Shown here: positions 39,318-52,126 of the stretch, piece after piece
Layout: every line of letters starts with the position of its first letter
Numbering within the stretch: the first letter of the stretch is position 1
From: Escherichia coli
Lineage (GTDB): Bacteria; Pseudomonadota; Gammaproteobacteria; Enterobacterales; Enterobacteriaceae
Assembly (NCBI RefSeq): GCF_050920415.1
Contig: NZ_CP169309.1
Strand: one strand, 5' to 3'
DNA length: 64,000 nucleotides
Program-made: the position numbers and the translations under genes
The notes under the pieces: model-generated
Databases searched by the model: none
What the model was told of the DNA's origin: nothing
What the model saw: the letters and a program-made list of their open reading frames with translations, nothing else

Positions 39318-40649
39318 ATGGCACAAGTCATTAATACCAACAGCCTCTCGCTGATCACTCAGAACAACATCAACAAAAACCAGTCTGCGCTGTCGACTTC
39401 TATCGAGCGCCTCTCTTCTGGTCTGCGCATTAACAGCGCTAAAGATGACGCTGCGGGCCAGGCGATTGCTAACCGCTTCACTTCTAACATCAAAGGTCTG
39501 ACTCAGGCCGCACGTAACGCCAACGACGGTATCTCTCTGGCGCAGACCACTGAAGGCGCACTGTCTGAAATCAACAACAACTTGCAGCGTGTTCGTGAAC
39601 TGACCGTTCAGGCCACTACCGGTACTAACTCTGATTCTGACCTATCTTCAATCCAGGACGAAATCAAATCCCGTCTCGATGAAATTGACCGCGTATCCGG
39701 TCAGACTCAGTTCAACGGCGTTAATGTTCTTTCCAAAGATGGTTCAATGAAAATTCAGGTTGGTGCGAATGATGGTCAAACTATCTCCATCGATCTGAAG
39801 AAAATTGATTCTTCAACTTTGGGGCTGAATGGCTTCTCAGTTTCTAAAAACTCTCTTAATGTCAGCAATGCTATCACATCTATCCCGCAAGACGCTGGCG
39901 ATAAACCTGTTGATGTTAACTTTGGTACTACTACTGAGTCTGCAGCAATTGCAGCTAAATTGGGTGTATCCGATACGTCAAGCCTGTCGCTGCACAACAT
40001 TCTTGATAAAGATGGTAAGGCAACAGCTGATTATGTTGTTCAGTCAGGTAAAGACTTCTATGCTGCTTCTGTTGATGCCGCTTCAGGTAAAGTAACCTTA
40101 AACACCATTAATGTTACTTATGATGATTATGCGAACGGTGTTGACGATGCCAAGCAAACAGGTCAGCTGATCAAAGTTTCAGCAGATAAAGACGGCGCAG
40201 CTCAAGGTTTCGTCACACTTCAAGGCAAAAACTATTCTGCTGGTGATGCGGCAGTCATTCTTAAGAATGGAGCAACAAGTCTTGAGTTAACTGATCTGAA
40301 TTTAAGTGATGTTACTGATACTAATGGTAAGGTAACCACAACTGCGACTGAGCAATTTGAAGGTGCTTCAACTGAGGATCCGCTGGCGCTTCTGGATAAA
40401 GCTATTGCATCAGTCGACAAATTCCGGTCTTCTCTAGGTGCCGTGCAGAACCGTCTCGATTCCGCTATCACCAACCTGAACAACACCACCACCAACCTGT
40501 CTGAAGCGCAGTCCCGTATTCAGGACGCCGACTATGCGACCGAAGTGTCCAACATGTCGAAAGCGCAGATTATTCAGCAGGCAGGCAACTCCGTGCTGTC
40601 TAAAGCGAACCAGGTACCGCAGCAAGTTCTGTCACTGTTACAAGGCTAA
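39318..40649 (+). CDS. fliC: flagellin FliC
   Basis: 443 aa; conserved N-terminus MAQVINTNSLSLITQNNINKNQSALS and C-terminus ...QVPQQVLSLLQG with a variable central region. Confidence 0.95.
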   Translation: MAQVINTNSLSLITQNNINKNQSALSTSIERLSSGLRINSAKDDAAGQAIANRFTSNIKGLTQAARNANDGISLAQTTEGALSEINNNLQRVRELTVQATTGTNSDSDLSSIQDEIKSRLDEIDRVSGQTQFNGVNVLSKDGSMKIQVGANDGQTISIDLKKIDSSTLGLNGFSVSKNSLNVSNAITSIPQDAGDKPVDVNFGTTTESAAIAAKLGVSDTSSLSLHNILDKDGKATADYVVQSGKDFYAASVDAASGKVTLNTINVTYDDYANGVDDAKQTGQLIKVSADKDGAAQGFVTLQGKNYSAGDAAVILKNGATSLELTDLNLSDVTDTNGKVTTTATEQFEGASTEDPLALLDKAIASVDKFRSSLGAVQNRLDSAITNLNNTTTNLSEAQSRIQDADYATEVSNMSKAQIIQQAGNSVLSKANQVPQQVLSLLQG

Positions 40650-40666
40650 TGGCCTTAACCTGCCTG

Positions 40667-40692
40667 ACCCCGCCACCGGCGGGGTTTTTTCT
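40667..40692 (+). terminator. Rho-independent terminator of fliC
   Basis: CCCCGCC-ACCG-GCGGGG hairpin followed by TTTTTT. Confidence 0.7.
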
Positions 40693-40812
40693 GTCCGCAA
40701 TTTACTGGTAACCCCCAAATAACCCCTCATTTCACCCACTAATCGTCCGATTAAAAACCCTGCAGAAACGGATAATCATGCCGATAACTCATATAACGCA
40801 GGGCTGTTTATC

Positions 40813-41532
40813 GTGAATTCACTCTATACCGCTGAAGGTGTAATGGATAAACACTCGCTGTGGCAGCGTTATGTCCCGCTGGTGCGTCACGAAGCATTGC
40901 GCCTGCAGGTTCGACTGCCCGCGAGCGTGGAACTTGACGATCTGCTACAGGCGGGCGGCATTGGGTTACTTAATGCCGTCGAACGCTATGACGCCCTACA
41001 AGGAACGGCATTTACAACTTACGCAGTGCAGCGTATCCGTGGCGCTATGCTGGATGAACTTCGCAGCCGTGACTGGGTGCCGCGCAGCGTGCGACGCAAC
41101 GCGCGTGAAGTGGCACAGGCAATAGGGCAACTGGAGCAGGAACTTGGCCGCAACGCCACGGAAACTGAGGTAGCGGAACGTTTAGGGATCGATATTGCCG
41201 ACTATCGCCAAATGTTGCTCGACACCAATAACAGCCAGCTCTTCTCCTACGATGAGTGGCGCGAAGAGCACGGCGATAGTATCGAACTGGTTACTGATGA
41301 TCATCAGCGAGAAAACCCGCTACAACAACTGCTGGACAGTAATCTGCGCCAGCGGGTGATGGAAGCTATCGAAACGTTGCCGGAGCGCGAAAAACTGGTA
41401 TTAACCCTCTATTACCAGGAAGAGCTGAATCTCAAAGAGATTGGTGCGGTGCTGGAGGTCGGGGAATCGCGGGTCAGTCAGTTACATAGTCAGGCCATTA
41501 AACGGTTACGCACTAAACTGGGTAAGTTATAA
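40813..41532 (+). CDS. fliA: flagellar sigma factor sigma-28 (FliA)
   Basis: 239 aa, GTG start. Confidence 0.95.
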   Translation: MNSLYTAEGVMDKHSLWQRYVPLVRHEALRLQVRLPASVELDDLLQAGGIGLLNAVERYDALQGTAFTTYAVQRIRGAMLDELRSRDWVPRSVRRNAREVAQAIGQLEQELGRNATETEVAERLGIDIADYRQMLLDTNNSQLFSYDEWREEHGDSIELVTDDHQRENPLQQLLDSNLRQRVMEAIETLPEREKLVLTLYYQEELNLKEIGAVLEVGESRVSQLHSQAIKRLRTKLGKL

Positions 41533-41577
41533 CGTCAGTAAATGCCGCACTTTAATTTTGACTACCGGGAGTTCTTA

Positions 41578-42129
41578 ATGATGGTGCAGCACCTGAAAAG
41601 ACGGCCATTAAGCCGCTATCTTAAAGACTTTAAACACAGCCAGACCCATTGCGCGCATTGCCGTAAATTACTCGATCGCATTACCCTCGTTCGCGACGGC
41701 AAAATAGTGAATAAAATCGAGATTTCCCGCCTGGACACGCTGCTTGATGAAAATGGCTGGCAAGTGGAACAAAAATCATGGGCGGCATTGTGCCGATTCT
41801 GCGGTGATTTACATTGCAAAACACAGAGTGATTTTTTCGATATTATCGGCTTTAAGCAATTTCTTTTTGAGCAAACTGAAATGAGCCCAGGTACGGTGCG
41901 TGAATATGTCGTTCGTCTGCGCCGTTTGGGTAATCATCTTCACGAGCAAAATATTTCCCTCGATCAGCTGCAGGACGGTTTCCTTGATGAAATCCTCGCC
42001 CCGTGGCTGCCCACTACCAGCACCAACAATTACCGCATTGCGTTACGGAAGTATCAACACTATCAGCGTCAAACGTGTACCGGACTTGTGCAGAAATCCA
42101 CCAGCCTGCCTGCTTCTGATATATATTAA
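41578..42129 (+). CDS. fliZ: regulator FliZ
   Basis: ORF 41542..42129; start taken at MMVQHLKRRPLSRYLKDFK (183 aa). Confidence 0.85.
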   Translation: MMVQHLKRRPLSRYLKDFKHSQTHCAHCRKLLDRITLVRDGKIVNKIEISRLDTLLDENGWQVEQKSWAALCRFCGDLHCKTQSDFFDIIGFKQFLFEQTEMSPGTVREYVVRLRRLGNHLHEQNISLDQLQDGFLDEILAPWLPTTSTNNYRIALRKYQHYQRQTCTGLVQKSTSLPASDIY

Positions 42130-42216
42130 ATAAGAATAAGATGTAGCGGAGTTGTTTTTGTGTTTACAAACAATGGCTCTACACTGCAAACAGACATAAC
42201 AACATTCGGGGTGAAT

Positions 42217-44108
<1,892 letters not shown>

Positions 44109-44122
44109 CTCCGGAAACGCTC

Positions 44123-44791
44123 ATGCAAGAAAGTATACAACTGGTTATTGATTCCTTGCCGTTCCTGCTGAAAGGGGCTGGGTATACGCTGCAACTCAGT
44201 ATCGGCGGCATGTTTTTTGGCTTACTGCTAGGGTTTATTCTCGCGCTGATGCGCCTGTCGCCAATCTGGCCCGTGCGCTGGCTGGCGCGTTTTTATATCT
44301 CTATTTTTCGTGGTACGCCACTCATCGCACAATTGTTTATGATCTATTACGGCTTGCCGCAGTTTGGCATCGAACTAGATCCCATTCCGTCAGCAATGAT
44401 TGGTCTGTCGCTAAACACTGCCGCCTATGCTGCCGAAACGCTGCGCGCCGCCATTTCTTCTATTGATAAAGGTCAGTGGGAAGCTGCTGCCAGTATTGGT
44501 ATGACGCCGTGGCAGACCATGCGTCGCGCGATTTTGCCACAGGCGGCGCGGGTGGCGTTGCCGCCGCTGTCGAACAGCTTTATCAGCCTGGTAAAAGATA
44601 CATCGCTGGCCGCGACAATCCAGGTGCCGGAGCTGTTCCGTCAGGCGCAGTTGATTACCTCGCGTACGCTGGAGGTGTTCACCATGTATCTGGCGGCTTC
44701 GCTCATCTACTGGATCATGGCGACAGTGTTATCGACGTTGCAGAACCATTTTGAGAATCAACTTAATCGCCAGGAGAGAGAACCAAAATGA
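44123..44791 (+). CDS. tcyL: cystine ABC transporter permease TcyL (YecS)
   Basis: 222 aa membrane protein. Confidence 0.9.
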   Translation: MQESIQLVIDSLPFLLKGAGYTLQLSIGGMFFGLLLGFILALMRLSPIWPVRWLARFYISIFRGTPLIAQLFMIYYGLPQFGIELDPIPSAMIGLSLNTAAYAAETLRAAISSIDKGQWEAAASIGMTPWQTMRRAILPQAARVALPPLSNSFISLVKDTSLAATIQVPELFRQAQLITSRTLEVFTMYLAASLIYWIMATVLSTLQNHFENQLNRQEREPK

Positions 44792-45540
44792 GTGCCATTG
44801 AAGTTAAGAACCTGGTGAAAAAATTCCACGGTCAGACGGTGCTGCACGGTATCGACCTTGAGGTGAAGCCTGGCGAAGTAGTGGCAATTATCGGTCCGAG
44901 TGGTTCCGGCAAAACCACGTTGCTACGCAGCATAAATCTGCTGGAACAACCGGAAGTGGGAACCATCACCGTTGGCGATATCACCATTGATACTGCACGT
45001 TCATTAAGTCAGCAAAAATCGCTGATTCGCCAGTTGCGTCAGCACGTCGGGTTTGTCTTCCAGAACTTTAATTTGTTTCCGCATCGTACGGTGCTGGAAA
45101 ACATTATTGAAGGGCCGGTGATCGTCAAAGGCGAACCGAAAGAAGAGGCCACGGCGCGTGCTCGCGAGCTGTTGGCGAAAGTTGGGCTGGCAGGTAAAGA
45201 AACCAGCTATCCACGTCGTTTGTCTGGCGGTCAACAGCAGCGTGTCGCGATTGCGCGAGCGCTGGCTATGCGTCCTGAGGTGATTTTGTTTGACGAGCCA
45301 ACGTCGGCGCTGGATCCAGAGCTGGTGGGCGAAGTCCTGAACACCATCCGTCAGCTGGCGCAGGAAAAGCGCACGATGGTGATTGTGACGCACGAAATGA
45401 GCTTTGCCCGGGATGTTGCGGACCGGGCGATCTTTATGGACCAGGGGCGGATAGTCGAGCAGGGGGCCGCAAAAGCGTTATTTGCCGATCCTCAGCAGCC
45501 TCGCACTCGCCAGTTTCTCGAGAAGTTTCTGCTGCAATAA
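44788..45540 (+). CDS. tcyN: cystine ABC transporter ATP-binding protein TcyN (YecC)
   Basis: 250 aa; Walker A GPSGSGKTT and signature LSGGQQQRV. Confidence 0.9.
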   Translation: MSAIEVKNLVKKFHGQTVLHGIDLEVKPGEVVAIIGPSGSGKTTLLRSINLLEQPEVGTITVGDITIDTARSLSQQKSLIRQLRQHVGFVFQNFNLFPHRTVLENIIEGPVIVKGEPKEEATARARELLAKVGLAGKETSYPRRLSGGQQQRVAIARALAMRPEVILFDEPTSALDPELVGEVLNTIRQLAQEKRTMVIVTHEMSFARDVADRAIFMDQGRIVEQGAAKALFADPQQPRTRQFLEKFLLQ

Positions 45541-45769
45541 TAAGAAAAAATCAGCCCAGACGGCGCTCTTGTCGGGGCTGAACGCCATTTCAAGTGTGAT
45601 AAAAGTGCTTAATGAATCAGCCTAACTCATTAATAACATAAGAGAATGTGATGTCTTGCAAAAGTACTTTATTACCTGAATAATATAATTTATATATAAA
45701 TCTTATTTATGTGATAGTTTGAATTATCATTATAAATGATACTCACTCTCAGGGGCGTTGCGGTTTACT

Positions 45770-46492
45770 ATGCAGGATACGGATTTTTTCAGCTGGCGTC
45801 GCACGATGCTGTTGCGTTTTCAGAGGATGGAGGCCGCAGAAGAGGTCTACCATGAAATCGAGCTTCAGGCTCAGCAGCTGGAGTACGATTACTATTCGTT
45901 ATGTGTTCGCCACCCGGTACCATTCACGCGACCTAAAGTAGCTTTCTACACCAATTACCCTGAGTCGTGGGTGAGTTATTATCAGGCAAAAAACTTTCTC
46001 GCCATTGATCCTGTGCTGAACCCTGAAAACTTTAGTCAGGGCCATTTAATGTGGAATGATGACTTATTCAGCGAAGCACAGCCGTTATGGGAAGCCGCGC
46101 GCGCACACGGTTTACGCCGTGGTGTCACCCAGTATTTAATGCTGCCAAACCGGGCGCTGGGCTTTTTGTCCTTTTCCCGTTGCAGCGCGCGCGAAATACC
46201 CATTCTTAGTGATGAACTGCAATTAAAAATGCAGTTACTGGTGCGCGAAAGTCTGATGGCTCTGATGCGTTTAAATGATGAAATAGTGATGACGCCAGAG
46301 ATGAATTTCAGCAAGCGCGAAAAAGAAATTCTGAAATGGACGGCGGAAGGGAAGACATCAGCAGAGATAGCGATGATTTTGTCAATCTCTGAGAATACGG
46401 TCAATTTCCATCAGAAAAACATGCAGAAAAAAATCAATGCACCGAATAAGACCCAGGTTGCCTGTTACGCGGCCGCTACTGGCTTAATTTGA
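45770..46492 (+). CDS. sdiA: LuxR-family quorum-sensing regulator SdiA
   Basis: ORF 45758..46492; start taken at MQDTDFFSWRRTMLLRFQ (240 aa). Confidence 0.9.
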   Translation: MQDTDFFSWRRTMLLRFQRMEAAEEVYHEIELQAQQLEYDYYSLCVRHPVPFTRPKVAFYTNYPESWVSYYQAKNFLAIDPVLNPENFSQGHLMWNDDLFSEAQPLWEAARAHGLRRGVTQYLMLPNRALGFLSFSRCSAREIPILSDELQLKMQLLVRESLMALMRLNDEIVMTPEMNFSKREKEILKWTAEGKTSAEIAMILSISENTVNFHQKNMQKKINAPNKTQVACYAAATGLI

Positions 46493-46558
46493 TCGCTTTT
46501 CTTTCTGCGTGCCAGATGCAAAAACCGGCTGAAAGGCACGCTCTCAGCCGGTTTTATA

Positions 46559-46783
46559 TTACTGACGGTAGGCTTGTTTAATTTGCTTAACCGTTTTGGA
46601 AAATACAGCAGCCTGGGTTTCGTCTTCGATCAGCGCAAGCTGTTTTTCCATCTTTAACATCACGCGGCCCGCGTCAGCTTGTCCCATCGCCTGCAGCATC
46701 AGCGTCAGCATCGCTTTCAGGCAGGAGACTTCATTTGCCAGTTCTTGATTATTCTCGGCAGTAGAAAAATCAGGCGTACTCAT
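46559..46783 (-). CDS. yecF: small protein YecF
   Basis: 74 aa; position between sdiA and uvrY. Confidence 0.8.
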
Positions 46784-47241
46784 TTATTTTCCTCGTCATG
46801 TTGCAATGAAAATTTGCGGTGAAAAATGTTAAGGCGGCGGAGTATACCATAAGCTTTGCTAAAAATAGCAGTGGTTGTTTTTTGAGCGTGCCGTCAACGG
46901 TGCTATTAAATGCGTTAATATAATGACCAATAAATATTTTTATCATGAATGTTTTTTGCCCGTATTGTTCGGGTTAATTAATGTTACATATTCAGCGGGC
47001 TGATTTTCATTTTTGCTGAATAAAGGTAATTTTTGTCACATTTCGTCGCAGGGCTTACTGTGAAACGATCCGGTAAGCCGTTGGTGACGGGCGTGACCAT
47101 AACTGTGGACAATCGAATTGACAAAAACGAGAGAAAAATCGAATACCCACCATTTTTAACGTTTCAAAGTTGCAATAAAAACCGCTAATATACGAATGAC
47201 TAACTATCAGTAGCGTTATCCCTATTTCTGGAGATATTCCT

Positions 47242-47898
47242 TTGATCAACGTTCTACTTGTTGATGACCACGAACTGGTGCGCGCAGGGATACGACGCAT
47301 TCTGGAAGATATAAAGGGTATAAAAGTCGTTGGTGAGGCATCGTGCGGTGAAGACGCCGTTAAGTGGTGCCGGGCAAATGCCGTTGACGTGGTGCTAATG
47401 GACATGAGTATGCCGGGCATTGGCGGTCTTGAGGCGACGCGTAAAATCGCGCGTTCCACAGCTGATGTAAAAATCATCATGCTTACGGTCCATACAGAAA
47501 ACCCTTTACCAGCGAAAGTCATGCAGGCCGGTGCTGCTGGCTACCTCAGCAAAGGCGCGGCTCCGCAGGAAGTCGTGAGTGCGATTCGTTCTGTTTATTC
47601 TGGACAGCGTTACATTGCTTCTGACATCGCTCAACAAATGGCGTTAAGCCAGATCGAACCAGAAAAAACAGAAAGCCCATTTGCCAGTTTGTCTGAACGT
47701 GAATTGCAGATTATGCTGATGATCACCAAGGGCCAGAAGGTCAATGAGATCTCAGAACAGCTCAATCTCAGTCCGAAAACGGTGAACAGCTACCGCTATC
47801 GTATGTTCAGTAAACTAAACATTCATGGCGATGTTGAGCTGACTCACCTGGCAATTCGCCATGGTCTGTGTAATGCGGAGACATTATCAAGTCAGTGA
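47242..47898 (+). CDS. uvrY: response regulator UvrY
   Basis: 218 aa, TTG start, [19 protein letters not shown]; receiver domain plus LuxR-type HTH. Confidence 0.9.
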   Translation: MINVLLVDDHELVRAGIRRILEDIKGIKVVGEASCGEDAVKWCRANAVDVVLMDMSMPGIGGLEATRKIARSTADVKIIMLTVHTENPLPAKVMQAGAAGYLSKGAAPQEVVSAIRSVYSGQRYIASDIAQQMALSQIEPEKTESPFASLSERELQIMLMITKGQKVNEISEQLNLSPKTVNSYRYRMFSKLNIHGDVELTHLAIRHGLCNAETLSSQ

Positions 47899-49727
47899 GT
47901 GATCAGTTTGACGCAAAAGCGTTTTTAAAAACCGTAACCAGCCAGCCAGGCGTTTATCGCATGTACGATGCTGGTGGTACGGTTATCTATGTCGGCAAAG
48001 CGAAAGACCTGAAAAAACGGCTTTCCAGCTATTTCCGTAGCAACCTCGCTTCGCGCAAAACCGAAGCGCTGGTCGCCCAGATCCAGCAAATTGATGTAAC
48101 GGTTACTCATACAGAAACCGAAGCGCTGTTGCTGGAACACAACTACATCAAACTCTATCAGCCGCGTTATAACGTTTTGCTACGCGATGATAAATCTTAT
48201 CCTTTTATCTTCCTGAGTGGCGATACCCACCCGCGTCTGGCGATGCATCGTGGTGCGAAGCATGCCAAAGGTGAATATTTCGGCCCGTTCCCGAATGGCT
48301 ATGCCGTACGTGAAACACTGGCGTTACTGCAAAAGATATTCCCCATTCGCCAGTGCGAAAATAGTGTTTATCGCAATCGCTCGCGTCCGTGTCTGCAATA
48401 TCAGATAGGGCGCTGTCTGGGACCGTGCGTTGAAGGACTGGTGAGTGAAGAAGAATACGCTCAGCAGGTCGAGTATGTGCGCCTGTTTTTGTCTGGCAAA
48501 GATGATCAGGTGCTTACGCAACTCATTAGCCGTATGGAAACTGCCAGCCAGAATCTGGAGTTTGAAGAAGCGGCACGTATTCGCGACCAAATTCAGGCGG
48601 TGCGACGCGTCACCGAAAAACAGTTTGTGTCCAATACCGGCGACGACCTTGACGTTATTGGTGTGGCGTTCGATGCGGGCATGGCTTGTGTCCACGTATT
48701 GTTCATTCGTCAGGGTAAAGTGCTCGGCAGCCGCAGCTATTTCCCGAAAGTGCCGGGCGGTACGGAACTGAGCGAGGTGGTGGAAACCTTCGTAGGTCAG
48801 TTCTATTTACAAGGCAGCCAGATGCGCACCTTACCGGGTGAGATCCTGCTCGATTTTAATCTTAGCGATAAAACGCTGCTCGCCGATTCCCTTTCAGAAC
48901 TGGCGGGACGCAAGATTAATGTTCAAACCAAACCTCGCGGCGATCGGGCGCGTTATCTGAAACTCGCGCGCACCAATGCGGCGACGGCCTTAACCAGCAA
49001 ACTTTCGCAGCAATCTACCGTTCACCAGCGACTGACCGCGCTTGCCAGCGTGTTGAAATTGCCGGAAGTGAAGCGGATGGAGTGCTTTGACATCAGCCAT
49101 ACCATGGGTGAACAAACCGTCGCCTCCTGTGTGGTATTTGATGCTAACGGCCCGCTGCGTGCGGAGTATCGGCGCTATAACATTACTGGCATTACGCCGG
49201 GCGATGATTATGCGGCGATGAATCAGGTGCTGCGTCGGCGTTATGGTAAAGCCATCGACGACAGTAAGATCCCGGATGTGATCCTTATCGACGGCGGCAA
49301 AGGCCAGCTTGCACAGGCGAAAAATGTCTTCGCCGAACTGGATGTCTCATGGGATAAAAATCATCCGCTGCTACTTGGCGTTGCCAAAGGAGCAGATAGG
49401 AAGGCTGGGTTGGAAACGCTGTTCTTTGAGCCGGAAGGTGAGGGATTCAGTTTGCCGCCAGATTCTCCCGCGCTGCATGTTATCCAACATATTCGCGACG
49501 AATCACACGATCACGCGATTGGCGGGCACCGCAAAAAACGGGCGAAGGTCAAAAATACCAGTTCCCTGGAAGCCATTGAAGGCGTCGGGCCAAAACGTCG
49601 GCAAATGTTGTTGAAATATATGGGCGGTTTGCAAGGTTTACGTAACGCCAGCGTCGAGGAAATTGCAAAAGTGCCGGGTATTTCGCAAGGTCTGGCAGAA
49701 AAGATCTTCTGGTCGTTGAAACATTGA
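47895..49727 (+). CDS. uvrC: excinuclease ABC subunit C (UvrC)
   Basis: 610 aa, N-terminal GIY-YIG region ([18 protein letters not shown]). Confidence 0.95.
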   Translation: MSDQFDAKAFLKTVTSQPGVYRMYDAGGTVIYVGKAKDLKKRLSSYFRSNLASRKTEALVAQIQQIDVTVTHTETEALLLEHNYIKLYQPRYNVLLRDDKSYPFIFLSGDTHPRLAMHRGAKHAKGEYFGPFPNGYAVRETLALLQKIFPIRQCENSVYRNRSRPCLQYQIGRCLGPCVEGLVSEEEYAQQVEYVRLFLSGKDDQVLTQLISRMETASQNLEFEEAARIRDQIQAVRRVTEKQFVSNTGDDLDVIGVAFDAGMACVHVLFIRQGKVLGSRSYFPKVPGGTELSEVVETFVGQFYLQGSQMRTLPGEILLDFNLSDKTLLADSLSELAGRKINVQTKPRGDRARYLKLARTNAATALTSKLSQQSTVHQRLTALASVLKLPEVKRMECFDISHTMGEQTVASCVVFDANGPLRAEYRRYNITGITPGDDYAAMNQVLRRRYGKAIDDSKIPDVILIDGGKGQLAQAKNVFAELDVSWDKNHPLLLGVAKGADRKAGLETLFFEPEGEGFSLPPDSPALHVIQHIRDESHDHAIGGHRKKRAKVKNTSSLEAIEGVGPKRRQMLLKYMGGLQGLRNASVEEIAKVPGISQGLAEKIFWSLKH

Positions 49728-49783
49728 TGTCTCTGTAGCAACATAGGGGTAATCTTACTGACAACAGATAGTTACCCGTCATT

Positions 49784-50332
49784 ATGCAATTTAATATCCC
49801 TACGTTGCTTACACTGTTCCGTGTCATCCTTATCCCATTCTTTGTATTGGTCTTTTATCTGCCTGTCACCTGGTCGCCGTTTGCCGCCGCGCTCATTTTC
49901 TGCGTCGCGGCGGTGACTGACTGGTTCGATGGTTTTCTGGCACGCCGCTGGAACCAGAGTACCCGGTTTGGTGCTTTCCTTGACCCTGTAGCAGATAAAG
50001 TTCTCGTGGCTATCGCCATGGTGCTGGTAACCGAGCATTATCACAGCTGGTGGGTGACATTACCGGCGGCAACGATGATCGCCCGTGAAATTATTATTTC
50101 TGCGCTACGCGAATGGATGGCAGAGTTGGGTAAACGCAGTAGCGTGGCTGTCTCCTGGATTGGGAAAGTGAAAACCACTGCCCAGATGGTAGCGCTGGCC
50201 TGGCTGCTGTGGCGTCCGAACATTTGGGTTGAGTACGCCGGTATTGCACTTTTCTTTGTGGCTGCGGTACTGACTCTGTGGTCAATGTTGCAATATTTGA
50301 GCGCTGCGCGTGCAGATTTGCTTGATCAGTGA
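49784..50332 (+). CDS. pgsA: CDP-diacylglycerol-glycerol-3-phosphate 3-phosphatidyltransferase PgsA
   Basis: 182 aa; CDP-alcohol phosphotransferase motif region. Confidence 0.95.
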
Positions 50333-50483
50333 TCGTTTCGGCGCAATTTTCAGCAAACGATCAAAAGTGGTGAAAAATATCGTTGACTCATCGCGCCAGG
50401 TAAGTAGAATGCAACGCATCGAACGGCGGCACTGATTGCCAGACGATAATAAAATCAAGTGATTAACTGATTGCTTGATGAAT

Positions 50484-50559
<76 letters not shown>

Positions 50560-50612
50560 GTTTAAAAGACATCGGCTTCAGCGGATGTCCGGCTGAAAGG
50601 CCTGAAGAATTT

Positions 50613-50686
50613 GGCGCGTTAACAAAGCGGTTATGTAGCGGATTGCAAATCCGTCTAGTCCGGTTCGACTCCGGAACGCGCCTCCA
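50613..50686 (+). tRNA. cysT: tRNA-Cys (GCA)
   Basis: GGCGCGTTAACAAAGCGG...GATTGCAAATCC...GGTTCGACTCCGGAACGCGCCTCCA. Confidence 0.9.
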
Positions 50687-50698
50687 CTTTCTTCCCGA

Positions 50699-50785
50699 GC
50701 CCGGATGGTGGAATCGGTAGACACAAGGGATTTAAAATCCCTCGGCGTTCGCGCTGTGCGGGTTCAAGTCCCGCTCCGGGTACCA
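50699..50785 (+). tRNA. leuZ: tRNA-Leu (UAA)
   Basis: GCCCGGATGGTGGAATCGGTAGACACAAGGGATTTAAAATCCC...GGGTTCAAGTCCCGCTCCGGGTACCA with long variable arm. Confidence 0.9.
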
Positions 50786-50828
50786 TGGGAAAGATAAGAA
50801 TAAAATCAAAGCAATAAGCAGTGTCGTG

Positions 50829-50852
50829 AAACCACCTTCGGGTGGTTTTTTT
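50829..50852 (+). terminator. Rho-independent terminator after the tRNA cluster
   Basis: ACCACC-TTCG-GGTGG hairpin followed by TTTTTTT. Confidence 0.7.
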
Positions 50853-51325
50853 GTATTTGTATTTTGTTAAATGGCGGTAAAGTGGCGATGGTGTGGCGAT
50901 ATGCAGAAATAATGATAGTACACGTCTGTTTAAACTCTAAGGGTGAAGCAAAACTCTCCTGCAACTCATCTGCATTTCGCATATTGAACTAGGGCCTTGG
51001 TTAAACCAAAGTTTTTTCTGGGATCTTCCCACTCAACTTCATTTTTCCTCCTACCATCCACCAAAAGGTGTCTGCGCTACTCTATCTTTTTTAATCTGAC
51101 AACATCCTGAGAAAAAGACAAATTCGTTAGATTTACTGTCTTTCTGCTGCCTCGAATGCTGATGTCTGCAGCACTGATAATAACTCTATCTCTTTGATAT
51201 AGATCTTTTTTTTGATGAATTGCACGGCATATTATCGTGATGGCACCTTCTTGTTAAAGGTGTTGTACTCCTCATCTCGATTTTATGATGTGGGCTATGA
51301 TTGGTTAGTAATAGAGTGTATCGGT

Positions 51326-51607
51326 ATGCGATGTGGTTTATTAATGGCAATCTGCCTTTGTTTGGTATCTTTTAGTGGGTATGCAGCAACAGGAAAGTCA
51401 GATGCTCAGATCAAGAAAGAAATAATTAAAGAGTCCATTGAATCTTATCCAGGCAATTGTGCGTGTCCGTATAATCATGCAAGGAATGGTAGTAGATGTG
51501 GTGGACGCAGTGCATATAGCCGTACTGGAGGGTATGACGTGGTATGTTATGAAAGTGATGTTACCGATGAAATGATCCGGCAATGGAAGCAGGAGAATGC
51601 TGAGTAA
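51326..51607 (+). CDS. small Cys-rich secreted protein (possible YHYH-like domain)
   Basis: ORF 51212..51607; start taken at MRCGLLMAICLCLVSFSGYAATG (signal peptide); motif YPGNCACPYNHARNGSRCGGRSAYSRTGGYDVVCYESD. Confidence 0.45.
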   Translation: MRCGLLMAICLCLVSFSGYAATGKSDAQIKKEIIKESIESYPGNCACPYNHARNGSRCGGRSAYSRTGGYDVVCYESDVTDEMIRQWKQENAE

Positions 51608-51796
51608 TCTCTTTTAACTGATTTGTTGTGCGAGCATAATGTGCAGTTAACGGCTCACTAGCTAGTGAGAGTTCCAAAAAGAAACCCCGCAGTTTTTACG
51701 CTGCGGGGTTGTTATTCATGCCTATGAGATAGGGTGCCTTATCGGCCTTACCCTGGCAACCGATTGACGGGGAGTTGCCTCCCCGTCGCGGTTTCC

Positions 51797-51937
51797 TTAC
51801 TGCTTACACTGTAAGAACGCCGCAAACTCCGCTCCCCAGAAGCTCATCCGTATTTCACACAGCGAACCGTGCAGCATCCAGATGATGAGGATTACCGTCA
51901 CGCAGAACGTGATGGCCGTAAGCGATTTTTGCGACAT
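51797..51937 (-). CDS. Hok/Gef-family type I toxin-like small ORF (46 aa); coordinates approximate
   Basis: Hand translation MSQKSLTAITFCVTVILIIWMLHGSLCEIRMSFWGAEFAAFLQCKQ: hydrophobic helix then SLCEIR...E.AAF, resembling plasmid R1 Hok as recalled; below the 60-aa cutoff of the ORF track. Confidence 0.4.
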   Translation of the reverse strand: MSQKSLTAITFCVTVILIIWMLHGSLCEIRMSFWGAEFAAFLQCKQ

Positions 51938-52126
51938 AGCGCTTGCTCCTTTGTTGGAGAGGCGCTAACCTATCACTTGCTAGGTTGACGGGTTAGGGCC
52001 TCGGTTAAACAGAAATGTTTTCCGGGGCCTTTCCACATCCGGCCTTCGGGTATTCCCTCCGACCATCAGCCGAAAGGCACCCGCACGTAATCTATCGCTT
52101 TTTTGTTACTCCGGCAATTCTGCCTG

